DNA of 64,000 bases from Macrostomum lignano (Eukaryota), in assembly GCA_002269645.1 (NCBI GenBank), contig NIVC01003753.1, forward strand, positions 1 through 64,000, in the 5' to 3' direction. The first letter of the stretch is position 1; the number at the start of each line of letters is the position of its first letter. Position numbers and translations under genes: made by a program. Below, piece after piece: positions 43,601-56,939 of the stretch. The notes beneath the pieces were generated by a model. That model was given only the letters and a program-made list of their open reading frames with translations. It did not search any database and was not told the DNA's origin.

Positions 43601-46600
43601 GCTTCAGTTGGCAGAACAGCTCAGCGGTTAACGCGTCTGACTCACGCGCCACGACCCCCTGGTTCGATCTCGTGCTCGGTGCTCACCCACACCCACATTC
43701 ATTTGAAGTTTGTTGTGCACGAAAAAATGGCCGGGGTTTGTCCTACTATTCACACCCAGGAGAGCCGATCCCCAAGGCACAGAGAGTGTACATGCCTGAG
43801 AGTGTATATGCCTGAGAGTGTACATGCCTGAGAGTGTACATGCCTGAGAGTGTACATGCCTGAGAGTGTACATGCCTGAGAGTGTACATGCCTGAGAGTG
43901 TACATGCCTGAGAGTGTACATGCCTGAGAGTGTACATGCCTGAGAGTGTACATGCCTGAGAGTGCACATGCCTGAGAGTGTACATGCCTGAGAGTGTACA
44001 TGCCTGAGAGTGTACATGCCTGAGAGTGTACATGCCTGAGAGTGTACATGCCTGACGATCAGAAAGTCAGGGCCGCTGTACACCCTGTGTGAGCGTGTGC
44101 ATGAGAGCGTGCCTGCGTACAGTACTGGCGCGCTTGAATGTGCTCAGGAGTCAGCAGAATGGGCAGGATTGCTGACAAATATTCAAATTCATAAGCCAGT
44201 CTCACCTGCACAAAGCTGGCAATGGCCAATTCGAGATTCTCGTGCAGCGACACTGACAAGGTCTTGCTGAGCTCCTCTTCAGCCATCAAGTGAAGCCGGG
44301 CGGCGCGCATCATGGCGCCAGCCTCAGCGGCGCTGTTGCCGATGCTGCTCTCGCATCTGCAGAGGAACAGCATATCAATATCAGACCACAATCTGTTGTC
44401 AAGTTGAACAGGCCACTTAAGCTATGCCCCCCCCCTTAGACAAGTGCTAAACCTTGCTGCATCTTATCTCAATTTTTTGACTCAAAAAAGAAAAAAACGT
44501 TACCTAGAAATCTCTTTGCCAATTTCTGGTCTCCAATATATAAATATACAAATTTCACAGTCCAATATACTTACTTGGCTTGACCTTTTGCAAACATTGC
44601 TGCATAGTAGAATGCTTGCTCCTCCATTTCCAGATGTTTTGAGATTGAATCAAATTCTGCACTACCTTCAGCCAAGTTGGGCTTCTTTAGAAAGCGCCTA
44701 AAAATGAGTAAGCATTAAGGTACTATATAAGACTGAATTCAATATTAAATCATTTCTAGCAGCACTTTGCTGCATGACCTTGAAATGAAGTTTGGCAAAA
44801 ATTTAAGCTGATTTACAAAAAATTCTAAAAAAGTTTAACTATTTGTGATTCAAAGTTATGGCCTGATTAATACCTTCTGCAGGAGTTTTGCACTCTAAAG
44901 AAGGGTAGCAATATACCATATTAACTTTGTGGGGCATCAAAATAAATTTATTGAATTTTAACCCATCAATATCTCAGCTTGTATACTTGCCAAATTTTAT
45001 TTTAAAGTCATGCACAAAACTGCTACTAGCAATCCTTTTTGATATACAACCATTTTTGTAATTGTGTAATAGGGCAATATATACCCTAGTGTATTTTAAA
45101 TTACATTGTTATACAACTAGTGAGAGGCATTATTGCCCATTCTATCAATTCCACTAAGCAGGCACATAAGTGCATATTTGGGCACTTTATTAAATATTTA
45201 TATAATCAAATATGTCCCTATACATAGGCATAATGGCCTATGTATAAAAATTCAATAAATGAAAATATTGAATTACTAAATTAATATTTAATGGTCCTAA
45301 TTTTTATTATTAGACTTGTACATTTCTCTTTGCCTTGGATATTGGACTTCAAGTTTATTAATTGCATGAGCATTGCAAATTACTATGCCTGCACTTAGAA
45401 TTAAGCCTAGCATATAAAAATATTGCACTAGACTATTATTAGGCTATGGCCTTTTTAAGAAGCAATAGTTAGATATTATGTTACATGCAATTAAAAAATG
45501 GTAACAATAACATTTTTGAGAAATTCAACTTAAAGAACAAATGAAAATTTTAAGACAATTTGATAACAATATAATTGATCTTTTTATATTAATAAGTATT
45601 TATACTATTTTATTCATTTAACTTTAGATATTCAATGGTTTAATAATATTTTCCAATTTAATCACTATATAAATATAGTGCATGAATTGTATGCAAGGCC
45701 AATGTACATATAAATTGGGCTTGCGTGAGCACTACAATATAAACAGAGTTTTAAAAAAACAATAAAAATATCAATGAGTATTGATTTTTAACTTTTAATA
45801 AATTTTTAATGTAGTAGGGGGCCTACTTTTTTTCTTTAAATAAGAAAAAACATATTTTATTTTTACTTTATACTATTACTAATTCAATTGTATCAAGACT
45901 TAGTCATATTATGTTTTCTCACTAGCCAATATAGAGAATTGGAACAAAATTGCTACATAAAGTCCTATAACTAACTTTGCCCACGCTGGAACTCTGCCCC
46001 TAAGCGCTACCCTGCACCAGCACCGCCAGATGCTGCTGGGCCACTGCCTATAGACCCTGGGTTGCAATGCACTCTTCCCTCTGGCCCTAGCCATGCTACA
46101 CTGGCTGACTGAGCAAATGCACCATAGCTAGGCCTGCACTGCTACTCTAATGGACTGCCTTATCACTGACTTGTAGGCGCTTGAGCAGTTGAGCTGACCC
46201 CTCAGGCTGCTGCTGCCTGCCCCTTCTGCCTGTTCTGCAAGCGGGTGCATACAAGGGGCCTCCCCTTTGCATCTTAATATACTTGATATGTATACATATA
46301 TATAGAAATTTAGAAGTAATGATAGACAATAGACAATAGACAATATATATAAATATATATATTTATATAAATATTATATACCTAATATATATATACCTAA
46401 TTTAAGTTAGGTATATATATATATATACCTAACTTAAATTAAAGGGTCAAGTCTGCCTAAAGCCAAAGCCAAAGGCATTGGTAAATAGGCCTATCTATGC
46501 CTATCCAAATTTAAATGTATTGAAAATAGACTAAGCCTAGAAAAAGTATTACAGCAAAAACTGTTTTGCTAATAGATTGCACTAAAACTATAAGTAGAAC

Positions 46601-46668
46601 GAAACTTACTTTTTTAGCTTTGCTGTCACTTGTCTATACTTGCTCAGATAATTTATTGATCCATTCAT
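40642..46668 (-). CDS. F8A1: HAP40 / factor VIII intron 22 protein (huntingtin-associated protein 40), 5 exons, 356 aa
   Basis: Exons 46668-46610, 44697-44575, 44356-44206, 42843-42440, 40975-40642; GT-AG, phases consistent. YLSKYRQVTAKLKK|RFLKKPNLAEG, EISRVLLLCLL, EHADTLAR|YAW, EELLLCLQSLV and PLLTGEQNYLLH match HAP40. Confidence 0.88.
41020..42330. repeat. 16-bp minisatellite (TCTCAGTGCCGTAGTG)n in HAP40 intron 4
   Basis: About 80 copies. Confidence 0.95.
42933..43516. mobile_element. probable degenerate hAT-like MITE in HAP40 intron 3
   Basis: Imperfect inverted ends CAGGGGCGTCGCCATGG / (rc) AGGAGCGTTGTCACGG with G-rich subterminal tracts; no clean TSD. Confidence 0.45.
43773..44055. repeat. 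16-bp minisatellite (GAGAGTGTACATGCCT)n in HAP40 intron 3
   Basis: About 17 near-identical copies. Confidence 0.95.
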
Positions 46669-46720
46669 TTTTGATCTGATAGATACAGAGAAAAATTTAT
46701 GCTAATGACTATAGCCTATA
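44440..46720. other. second CpG-erased domain covering HAP40 exons 1-2 and intron 1
   Basis: No CG seen in 44698-45720 and about seven in the 1.9-kb intron, while HAP40 exons 3-5 are CpG-rich. Confidence 0.78.
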
Positions 46721-47350
46721 GATTACCTACGTATATATGTATATATTATACGCTATGGCCTATGTTAAGAATTACTTTTTAAGTTTCTTAGAAAATACGA
46801 CATTTAAAAACGGAGACAAAATTTATCATAGAATATTACGAACTTTAAACCCGAGCATCATTTTTTGTTTTACTAGGGTCCATGAAAGTCCTATGTCAGA
46901 GAGACGCCAAAAGTATAGTTTTACAAGCCAGATTCGAGTAATTTTATTGGTTAAATAATCCTTTTATTTCTAAAACAGTAGAACTTTAAAATATATAATT
47001 CAGTCTATTCCTATTGGCGTTATTATGATTTCTATTTTCTAGTGAAGTCAAGCAATAAGGTGCTTCCTTTAAGAGTGTAAGCTATTAATGAGTTTGGGAT
47101 TTGGAAGTCATAGAGAATAGAATATAGAGGTTTTGGAACAGAAATCTAACAATTAACACAACAACGATGTCATGCACACATATTGTTGTACAGCCACGTA
47201 CACGGCCGGATACATTAAAGCTGCATTAATAAGGATATGCATCAATAGTATTTGCGATGAATAAGCTCTTCCGTTAAGTAGCTGGACAAACTTTTCATCT
47301 AAAACAGTTTTAGCAGTGTTCCTCTGGGGCCCAACGAAATAGATGTAATT

Positions 47351-50300
47351 CTACATAAAACCAAAGTTCACAGGTCGCTTCATCGCTACCACCATTGGCG
47401 AACCTGACAAATCTGTCATTTCAACAGATTTTTGTACTTCTGGAGGACCAGCTGGTCGCCGATTAATTCCCTCAAGAGCTGCCTTGTATTCATCTTCATC
47501 TTTCTGAGGCAGCATCGGTTTCGCTGAAGACCGAGACCCGCGCCCTCGTTCCTCATGGAAGACTTCGAGGTTCATCATTAGCAAGGCTGAATTGTTGCGA
47601 GCAGGATGAAAGCAGAGGACGTATAGGTGCTTAGATATCGGACTATATATGCAAGAAAGTGGGGCACGGCTTAGGCGCAGAGTCTGTGCGTATCTCAACA
47701 TTGGGTTGCCATGCGTTGACTCTGGATTAAAATGAAAGCAATGACAGCTCCAGCCAGCATCTTCGCCGCTCTCTCCTAAGTAGGTGAGCCAGCAGCGACC
47801 GCCAAAGCTACCAAGACCGCCAATGAGGGCTCCGTTGACGTTGCCACCAGCACCGCCACCAGCACCGCCACCAGCAACGCTACCAGCACCACCACCAGCA
47901 ACACTACCAGCACCACCACCAGCACCACCACCAGCAACACTACCAGCACCACCACCAGCACCACCACCAGCAACACTACCAGCACCGCCACCAGCACCTC
48001 CACCAGCACCGTCACCAGCATTGCCATCGCCTCCATTACCTGCAGCACTAGCAACATAACTACCAACCGTTGCTGCCGAAGCTGCTGTCAAGTCTTCTTG
48101 GAAATGTCCGGCTGTCTGGTTGCCCTCCGGATAAACAGTCAGCAGTAACATATTGTGTTCCATCACAACTTCAATTGCCTTAAGACCGTTCTCGCAGCAC
48201 AGGCCCTGCAAATAGTACGAAAAAAATCGTCAAAGAGGAATTTCTCCCGAAAAAGTTTTGCTGTCTGATTTTGACTTGACAGAAAATACGAGGTAATCAC
48301 AATTCGAGTCAAATTGTCACTCACCTGCATGTCCATCACGCAGAGGCTGCGATGCTCCTTTTCCAAATCGGCAATCTGGATGCTGCCCCACTTCTCAGCA
48401 ATGATCAGCAGATGCTTGTGCAGCTTCAATCGCCACGGCAGCTTAAGGCCTTCGAATAGGAAATTCTCCAACTTCAATCCAGATAGGCTAACTACAGCAA
48501 TGTTGCTCTTGTTAGTGACATACAGATTGCTTTTGTTTAAGCCGGAGCCCGAGTTCGAAAACTCGCGAATGCAAACATCGTAGACGTATTCGGAGATCGG
48601 CTCGGATAGTTTGTAGTTGCTCTCAGCCACCACCACTGGCCGGTCCTTGCGAAATCGGAACGCCTGGTCCGGTGCGACTCCACCGGTCGAGCTCTGGCTG
48701 CTGTTGCGGCTGCGAAATTTCAATACCAAATTTTATGCTGTACTTTCCTGTCCCCTTTGACTTTCCCCTGACTGCCAGCTTTCCTCCCCTGACTGTTAGC
48801 CCTCTTCCCCTGACTGCCAGCCTTCCTCCCCTGACTGCCAGCCCTCATCCCCTGACTGTCAGCTTTCCTCCCCTGACTGCCAGCCTTCCTCCCCTGACTG
48901 CCAGCCTTCCTCCCCTGACTGCCAGCCTTCCTCCCCTGACTGCCAGCCTTCCTCCCCTGACTGCCAGCCTTCCTCCCCTGACTGTCAGCCTTGCTCCCCT
49001 GACTGTCAGCCTTGCTCCCCTGTCAGTCCTCCTCCCCTGACCGTCAATCTTTCTTCTCCCTCCAATCCCCAGCAAGAGCCCCTCCCTGTAAAAGTACCTT
49101 AAGTTGTCCCGACGCCCCGACAGCAGGCTGGACTGTCGCTGGCCCGAGTCGGCGCCGCCGCTCGCCAAATCGGCGTCGATACCGCCGGAAGCGGCGGCGG
49201 CGTCGGCCTCAGCGGAGCAGCTGTAGAGCGACACGTGCAGCAGGCAGCCGAGCAGGGTGCAGGTGAACACGACGTTATCGCCGTTAGCCGACATGCAGAA
49301 TCCGTCAGTCAGCTGGGGGAATTTGGGAAATCTGGCCAGCTCAGTCAGCGGCTTGATTGGCTGGCCGTTTAGCGGCTCGCTGTAGGCGATCATCACGTAG
49401 GCGTCGTCATGCTGCTCGACGGTGACAAGGCAGGTCATAATCTCCGGACTGATTGACAACTCCTTTAAGAAGCAGTGAAATACCGGCCGCTCGATTGGGC
49501 ACTCCTGCGAGGTGGCGGTGAAATTGAAATTCAGTTGAAATTATGCATTTAAATTTCAAGCCAAATCATCCGCGCCTGAGAAGACAGGCGCCCTCCCGCG
49601 GCGTTTCGTGTTTTCTACAATACGTAACTATCTGAGTTTTTGCTGTCATCAAATATGGAAGCTTTCTCTCTTTTCCTTCCGTCCAAACTATCCGAGTCGC
49701 GGCACAGAGCAGCATGGGGACCCAAGTCAAAGAGAGTGTGACGGTTAGCCATAGCAGCTTGCTTCCTTGACTGCGGATCGCACTGTCGCACAGTGCCCAA
49801 ACCCACTCTACGAACTAATGAATACCCTAGATTACAACTCGCAGACGCACCTGCACCAGCTTCAGGTCCTTGAGTATCGGTTCCCTGTCTGCCCGTCCGT
49901 CATGACCAGCGTCGCCCTTGCCTGGGCCGCCTTTCGCTCGAACCAGGCCGAGCTGCTGAAGGTCCACCATCAGCTGGTCGGCCGTGTGAGGCGCCACTGT
50001 CGACTCCATCAGGCCGCCGTCCTGCTGCATCACTGGCCGCGGCACGTTCTTGTCGCTGCTCAGGTTGAACATGCACCTGACGTCGTCCACCTGCGGGTGA
50101 GCGGAATTTAAGGATGGAAATGGGAAATGTGGAATATGGGAAGTGGGGACTGAGAGTGGACAATGGAGAGTATGGAATAGAGAGTGGGGAGCGGGGAATA
50201 GGGAATGGGGAATATGGAATGGGGAGTGGGGTATAGGGAGTCGGGAATGAAGAGTAGGGAATGGGGAGTAGGGAATGGAGAGTGGAATGGGGTATTGGGG

Positions 50301-51403
50301 ATAGGAAATGGGAATGGGGAGTGGGGAATGGGGATTGCAAAATGTGGAGTTAAAAGTGGGGAATGGGGAATGCAAAATGTGGAGTTAGGAGTGGGGAATG
50401 GGGAATGGAAATGGAGAGTGGGGAATGTGGAAAAGAAAATAAAGATGAAAGTGAATTGGAAAGTCAAAGTACTTTGTGGTGCACTTTTAAAAGCCAAACC
50501 TGCTGCTCTTGATTCCGCTGAAATCCTTGCAGACTTTGGTGACGATTTTCGCGCCAAGTGACAAACTTTGGATCGCGCGCCCGCTTTGGACCGTCGTCAG
50601 CATCGTTAGCGGATTCCAATGGCGCCTTGGACAGCTGCGGTTTGAAGCCATTGTACTTTGTATAGTCTGTTCCCCTGGTCAGTACCATGGATTGTTGGTC
50701 AGTACCCTGGATTACTTTTTAGTGCCCTGGATTGTTTGTCAGTACCCTGGATTGTTTGTCAGTACCCTGGATTGTTTGTCAGTAACCTGAATTGTTTGTC
50801 AGTACCCTGGATTGTTTGTCAGTAACCTGAATTGTTTGTCAGTACCCTGGATTGTTTGTCAGTAACCTGAATTGTTTGTCAGTACCCTGGATTGTTTGTC
50901 AGTAACCTGAATTGTTTGTCAGTAACCTTAATTGTTTGTCAGTACCCTGGATTGTTTGTCAGCAACCTGGATTGTTTGTCAGTACCCTGGATTGTTTGTC
51001 AGTAACCTGAATTGTTTGTCAGTACCCTGGATTGTTTGTCAGTAACCTGAATTGTTTGTCAGTACCCTGGATTGTTTGTCAGTAACCTGAATTGTTTGTC
51101 AGTACCCTGGATTGTTTGTCAGTAACCTGAATTGTTTGTCAGTACCCTGGATTGTTTGTCAGTAACCTGGATTGTTTGTCAGTACCCTGGATTGTTTGTC
51201 AGTACCCTGGATTGTTTGTCAGTACCTTGGATTGACAGCTACAGGATTTGGTCATTAGCTATGCAAAAACAGCAAGCTCCAACCTGAAAGAGCTGGTCAC
51301 TGAGCAGTAGGTTTCTAGTGGCGCCGAAGTCGCTGGAGCCCAGGTTCATAGCGCCCAGCCCGGTCCCGAAGGTAGCATCCGATTTTGTGTCGTTCTCGTT
51401 CAT
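47351..51403 (-). CDS. uncharacterised protein, possible beta-propeller (NHL-like) C-terminal region with Gly/Ala-rich insert
   Basis: Phase-consistent GT-AG exons 50090-49851, 49504-49098, 48709-48325 and 48205-47351. Upstream exons (about 50655-50500 and 51403-51284) are provisional because the acceptor is ambiguous. Beta-strand-rich segments such as NLYVTNKSNIAVVSL and LLIIAEKWGSIQIADL; no family recognised. Confidence 0.6.
48768..49040. repeat. 21-bp minisatellite (CCTCCCCTGACTGCCAGCCTT)n, intronic
   Basis: Tandem copies. Confidence 0.9.
50115..50430. repeat. purine-rich degenerate repeat (GGGAATGG-type), intronic
   Basis: Low-complexity tract. Confidence 0.8.
50690..51232. repeat. 20-bp minisatellite (CAGTAMCCTGRATTGTTTGT)n with alternating variants
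   Basis: About 27 copies. Confidence 0.92.
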
Positions 51404-52534
51404 AGTGGCAGATTGATGCTTCTCCAAAATTGGTTGATTTTTTGGACCAAAATTTTGCTTTTTAGACAGATTCAAATAAAAATTGGTACAATTAGTTGAC
51501 ACTGAAGCAAGAGCTTCAATTCAAATCATTTTTTCTTTGGTCAAACCGGTCAAAGGAAGGTTGAAAGAACCGGTTTGGCCATAGACAAAAAATCAATAGC
51601 AAAATAAAGCCTTTATTTTTGCCAGTCGATTAAAGCAGTTTTGAGAATATCAGAATAAATAAATAAAACGATTTCCAAAAAATCTTTTTAATTTTCCAGG
51701 ATTGTTTCGGTTACATTAAATATTACCCCGCAAAATCGTTATGCCTATGTTGTTTAAGAGAAAAAAATGCCTCTTTAGGAGCTGTGTTAATAAATTTTGG
51801 GAGTTGGGACCCTCGAACAAAATTATTAAAATTAATTTCATATTATTTATTTATTTATTTTTAGTTTATTCATTTTTTTATATTTTACTTATGAAGCTTT
51901 TACTTTCCAAATAAATATTATTTGTTGTTCAAGTAATGATGTAAACATTGCTAAGCTGTTTAATTTTTTTTAATCTTGATTTCTTAATTGATTAAAATAA
52001 GCGAACAAACAAGCAATTCAAAACATTAAATTTTGACAAAAATTTGCACATTGCTCTACTCAAAGTAGAGAGAAAAGGCAAGCAAATATTTATTAATAAA
52101 TTAAGAAAAGCACAAAAGGCATCGAAAGAAATGAAACGCAAGGCTTTACATATTTTTCAAAGGTTTTTATTGTGCTAGTGAAGGTCGAGAGACAAAAAGC
52201 AATTCAAAGAAGGGCATTCAACAGTAGAAAATAATAATTAGCGAGATCAATTGGTCTGCACGGTTCTCCTCGTTGCCATGTGGTTGCTATGCTATAGTAA
52301 GTCATTTTCTTCGTTTGATTGGCGGCAGTTGGTGCTGACGAGATGCCTGATGGGCTGATGCGGATGTGCCGGCTGATGACAGAGTGGCCCGTTCAGCTAT
52401 TGACGTCTGACTCTGCGGTGCAGGGTGGCAGGGCGAATAAAGGATGTCAGGGTGTCTGCCGAAAATACTATAAGAAACTAAAATAGTGCTCGTGTACCGG
52501 GGATTGCTGTTCATAATAAAGAGCTACCTAGGAA

Positions 52535-53445
52535 AATTGGTCATTAGCTACACAGGATAATACGCAACTAGCTACCCTAGATAATAGGTCATCAGATACA
52601 CCAAATTAAAAGGTTATTAGCTACCCTATAAAATAGATCACTAGTTACCCTAGATAAAAGTCATTAGCTACCCTATATAATAAATCACTAGTTACCCTAG
52701 ATAAAAGGTCATTAGCTACCCTGTATAAAAAATAGGTCACTAGCTACCCTAGATAAAAGTCATTAGCTACCCTATATAATAAATCACTAGTTACCCTAGA
52801 TAATAGGTCATCAGCTACCCTCGATAAAAAGTTATTATCTACCCTATAAAATAGATCGCTAGCTTCCCTAGATAAAAGGTCATTAGCTACCCAGGATAAT
52901 CGGTCTTTAGTTACCCAGGATTATAGGTCATTAGCTAGTACCCTATTAGTTACCCAAAATAATAGGTTACTAGCTACCCTAGATAAAAGGTCATTAGCTA
53001 CCCAGGATAATCGGTCATTAGTTACCCTAGATAAAAGGTCATTAGCTACCCAGGATAATCGGTCATTAGTTACCCTAGATAAAAGGTCATTAGCTACCCA
53101 GGATAATCGGTCATTAGTTACCCTAGATAAAAGGTCATTAGCTACCCAGGATAATCGGTCATTAGTTACCCTAGATAAAAGGTCATTAGCTACCCAGGAT
53201 AATCGGTCATTAGCTACCCTAGATAAAAGGTCATTAGCTACCCAGGATAATCGGTCACTAGCTACCCTAGATAAAAGGTCATTAGCTATCCAGGATAATC
53301 GGTCATTAGTTACTCAGGATACTCTAGGCCATTAGCTAGCCTAGATAATAGGTTAATAGCTACCCTATTAGTTTCCCTATGATAAAAGGTCATTAGCTAC
53401 TCTAGATAATTGGTCAACAACTACCCAGGATTATTAGTGATTAGC
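52535..53445. repeat. 24-bp minisatellite (CTACCCTAGATAAAAGGTCATTAG)n with a 48-bp dimeric core
   Basis: Tandem variants. Confidence 0.9.
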
Positions 53446-54164
53446 TATGCTAAATTCTTAGCCTTAAATTGTATTATTTTCATTATTTTTCAAAAACAAT
53501 AAGTGTAAGACCCGTGTAGTGTAGCGAGTAATATTAAAACAACCCTTTTAAGGGTAGCATCGTTTTCATGCAATAAGAAAGGTTAAAAAAATTGCAAAAG
53601 TTACTTCGAACTGGTGAAAGTCTCTCTACTGACTGGCTGAAACTCACAGAGTCTGTCTCCCTGCACCCAGTTCCCAGCTTTCCCATTCCTATCCATCCCG
53701 TCAGACCAATTCAACCCCTTGATCTCAATTCCAATTAGAGCACAGCCAGCTTTAGCAACTCGCTCCCGCTCGCTCTCCCACTCGTTCAATCGCCCTTGCT
53801 TGACCTTTTTTACTAATACGAGCGCTTGCAGAGCCAATTTCAAGCGGCTGCTTGTTGGTCCAAGTTAGCAAACATTGAGCGGCCGAACCGCTTGCCATTG
53901 CTAAAACCCCCATCTGCCAAATAGCCGCAACCCAACTCACTGCACTGGAAACCGACTCTTTTCGCTTTCCCAGCAAGATCGTTAGCAGCAGGACTTGTGC
54001 GGACTGAACACGATAGCGGCATCGAAAAATTAGTTTGATAAAACTACAAACTGTCAAACCTGCTGAACAGTGAATAGTGGGGGAAAGCTCGTTATGAATT
54101 CATCATTATTTTAATTGCTCGGTTGCTGGCTCAACTGCCTGCTTCTATGTGTCAAATTCTAACC

Positions 54165-54385
54165 CTTATCTCTATTCCCCACCTCTATCCCCACCTCTAT
54201 CCCCACCTCTATCCCCATCTCTATCCCCATCTCTATTCCCACCTCTATCTCCATCTCTATCCCCATCTTTATCCCCATCTCTATCCCCATCTCTATCCCC
54301 ATCTCTATCCCCATCTCTATTCCCACCTCTATCTCCATCTCTATCCCCATCTTTATCCCCATCTATATCCCCATCTCTATCCTAG
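54165..54385. repeat. 12-bp minisatellite (CTCTATCCCCAY)n
   Basis: Tandem copies. Confidence 0.9.
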
Positions 54386-55504
54386 ATCTCTCTCTATCTA
54401 TTACAAGCGTATGTTTTAATACATAGGAAAATTAAAAAAAGCCCAACCAGCCGATAGGTGAGAAATGATGGAAGAGTGAAAGTAGGAATAACGACGCGCG
54501 TTCGAGCCTCAAAACCCTTCATCTGGCGCATACGAGGACTAGTGCTTGGGTAAAATAGGGCAGTATTATCGTCCAGTTCGCGCGCTAAAAACCCGCCGCG
54601 GTGACAAGTAGCTGTACACTACTTACAGAAGCCACTCATTAGTATACATGCATACGATCTGTAGGAATAAGGCCCTACTGCAGCTTTGGCTGGTCCATCA
54701 ATCGAACCTCGGAAGAGCCTAATGGCGGGGCTGAACAGTCAGCTGCTGTGACTCGTTTACAGCCCTGGGCATCCATCCCGCCCCCCCTCTTCAGAAAAAA
54801 GCAAAAAATGCAGTTTTAGCATTTCAGCGCGCGACGGGAACGCAGACTGCAGCGTCTACCCGGGGAGTGAAAGGGGAGTGACAGATACGAGTAGCTGGTA
54901 GAAGTAGAATCGGGCTTGCCATGCAATTCTAATGCAGTTACAAAGTGTCCACTTGAAGCTTGTCTTTCTTGCTAGCGCGGATCCCCATGGATGAATCAAG
55001 GAGGCCTATGAAAAGTAATCTGGAGTCTGACATTTTCTTTAAAAAAAATTATCAAACTCAGAATCAGTTAAAGAAATTGTGACAAAATCCGGGTGCTAAA
55101 ATCCCGTTTCTAAAGCTCCCATAAAAAATGGAAAAAAGGGTAAGTTGTCCTGGGGCATAGAGTCTATAACAGACAGTACAATAATGCAACAGGTGTTAAG
55201 TCGCCCAGCCACTCACCGCATTGGAGTGGATAATGGAATGTTTTGTTGTTGCTTAAGCCGTTAATTAGGTGACAATTAGCTTGACGAGGTGGGCAACGCG
55301 TGGAGGTGGAAAGAATTGGCACAGCGTGCTTTTAACACCCTGTGGAAGGGTTGCATTCAGGACTCACTGCCTCCCGTTTTTTACTTTCATGGCATCCCTG
55401 TGTTAACAATTTTTTTACAGCAGGCAGGTGTATTGGCTATACTGCAAGCGTAAAAATATTACGCTTGTAAATACATTTGCTAATCTAACAATTCGTTGTT
55501 CATC

Positions 55505-56463
55505 TAGACAATAGATTGCTAATCTAGTCAATGGATTGCTAATCCAGTCAATGGATTGCTAATCTAGTCAATGGATTGCTAATCTAGTCAATGGATTGCT
55601 AATCTAGTCCATAGATTGCTAACCTAGTCAGTGGATTGCTAATCTAGTCAATGGATTGCTAATCTAGTCAATGGATTGCTAATCCAGTCAATGGATTGCT
55701 AATCTAGTCAATGGATTGCTAATCTAGTCAATGGATTGCTAATCCAGTCAATGGATTGCTAACCTAGTCAGTGGATTGCTAATCTAGTCAATGGATTGCT
55801 AATCTAGTCAATAGATTGCTAATCTAGTCCATAGATTGCTAATCTAGTCAATGGATTGCTAATCTAGTCAATGGATTGCTAATCTAGTCAGTGGATTGCT
55901 AATCTAGTCAATGGATTGCTAATCTAGTCAATGGATTGCTAATCTAGTCAATAGATTGCTAATCTAGTCAATGAATTGCTAATCTAATCAATGGATTGCT
56001 AATCTAGTCAATGGATTGCTAATCTAGTCAATGGATTGCTAATCTAGTCAATGGATTGCTAATCTATTCAATGGATTGCTAATCTAGTCAATGGATTGCT
56101 AATCTAGTCAATTGATTGTTAATCTAGTCAATTGATTGCTAATCTAGTCAGTGGATTGCTAATCTGGTTAATGGATTGTTAATCTAGTCCATAGATTGCT
56201 AATCTAGTCCATAGATTGCTAATCTAGTCCATAGATTGCTAATCTAGTCAATGGATTGCTAATCTAGTCAATGGATTGCTAATCTAGTCAATAGATTGCT
56301 AATCTAGTCCATAGATTGCTAATCTAGTCCATAGATTGCTAATCTAGTCCATAGGTTGCTAATCTAGTCCATAGATTGCTAATCTAGTCCATAGATTGCT
56401 AATCTAGTCCATAGGTTGCTAATCTAGTCCATAGATTGCTAATCTAGTCAATGGATTGCTAAT
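55505..56463. repeat. 20-bp minisatellite (GGATTGCTAATCTAGTCAAT)n
   Basis: About 48 copies. Confidence 0.95.
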
Positions 56464-56939
56464 TTAGCTCGTAGTTAATATATTTTGAATCAAGCAATCA
56501 AGAAGTAAGTCTTTTCAGTCCAGCAATGTTCTATCCAAGCTTAGACTTAAAAAACAGGAAAATATTTTGCCCAGTAGCCTGATTACCGAAGCCGACAGGT
56601 AGGGGAGGTTGTGGTGGAGGCTTTTAGTCCGGCTGAGTCACCGGACTGACGAGCTTGCCCACGTAAGCGCAGGATTCGAAAATTTAGTTGCTAGAAATTT
56701 AATGGAAGCGCGGAACCCCAGTACAGACCCAACCCTCCCACTAGCAGCTGGATAATGGAGTGCCAAGGCCTAAGCTGGAACACCGCGGTGAGGGTGGGTT
56801 CGAAACAAAGGCTGCACGCTGGCAGTTGTGGAATCTGAAGGTAGGAGGACGCGGGGGTCAAGCCTTACTAAAGCATGTAGCAGCATTGCATTCTGCCGAC
56901 TGGGGTTGAAAGGAATTCGGCGCGCCGATACGGAAATAG

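Noticed and set aside
46775-46850. Alternative HAP40 first exon ending SKKLKK|GTAATT
   Set aside because: In-frame TAA upstream with no ATG in that frame; the exon at 46668-46610 gives a complete match.
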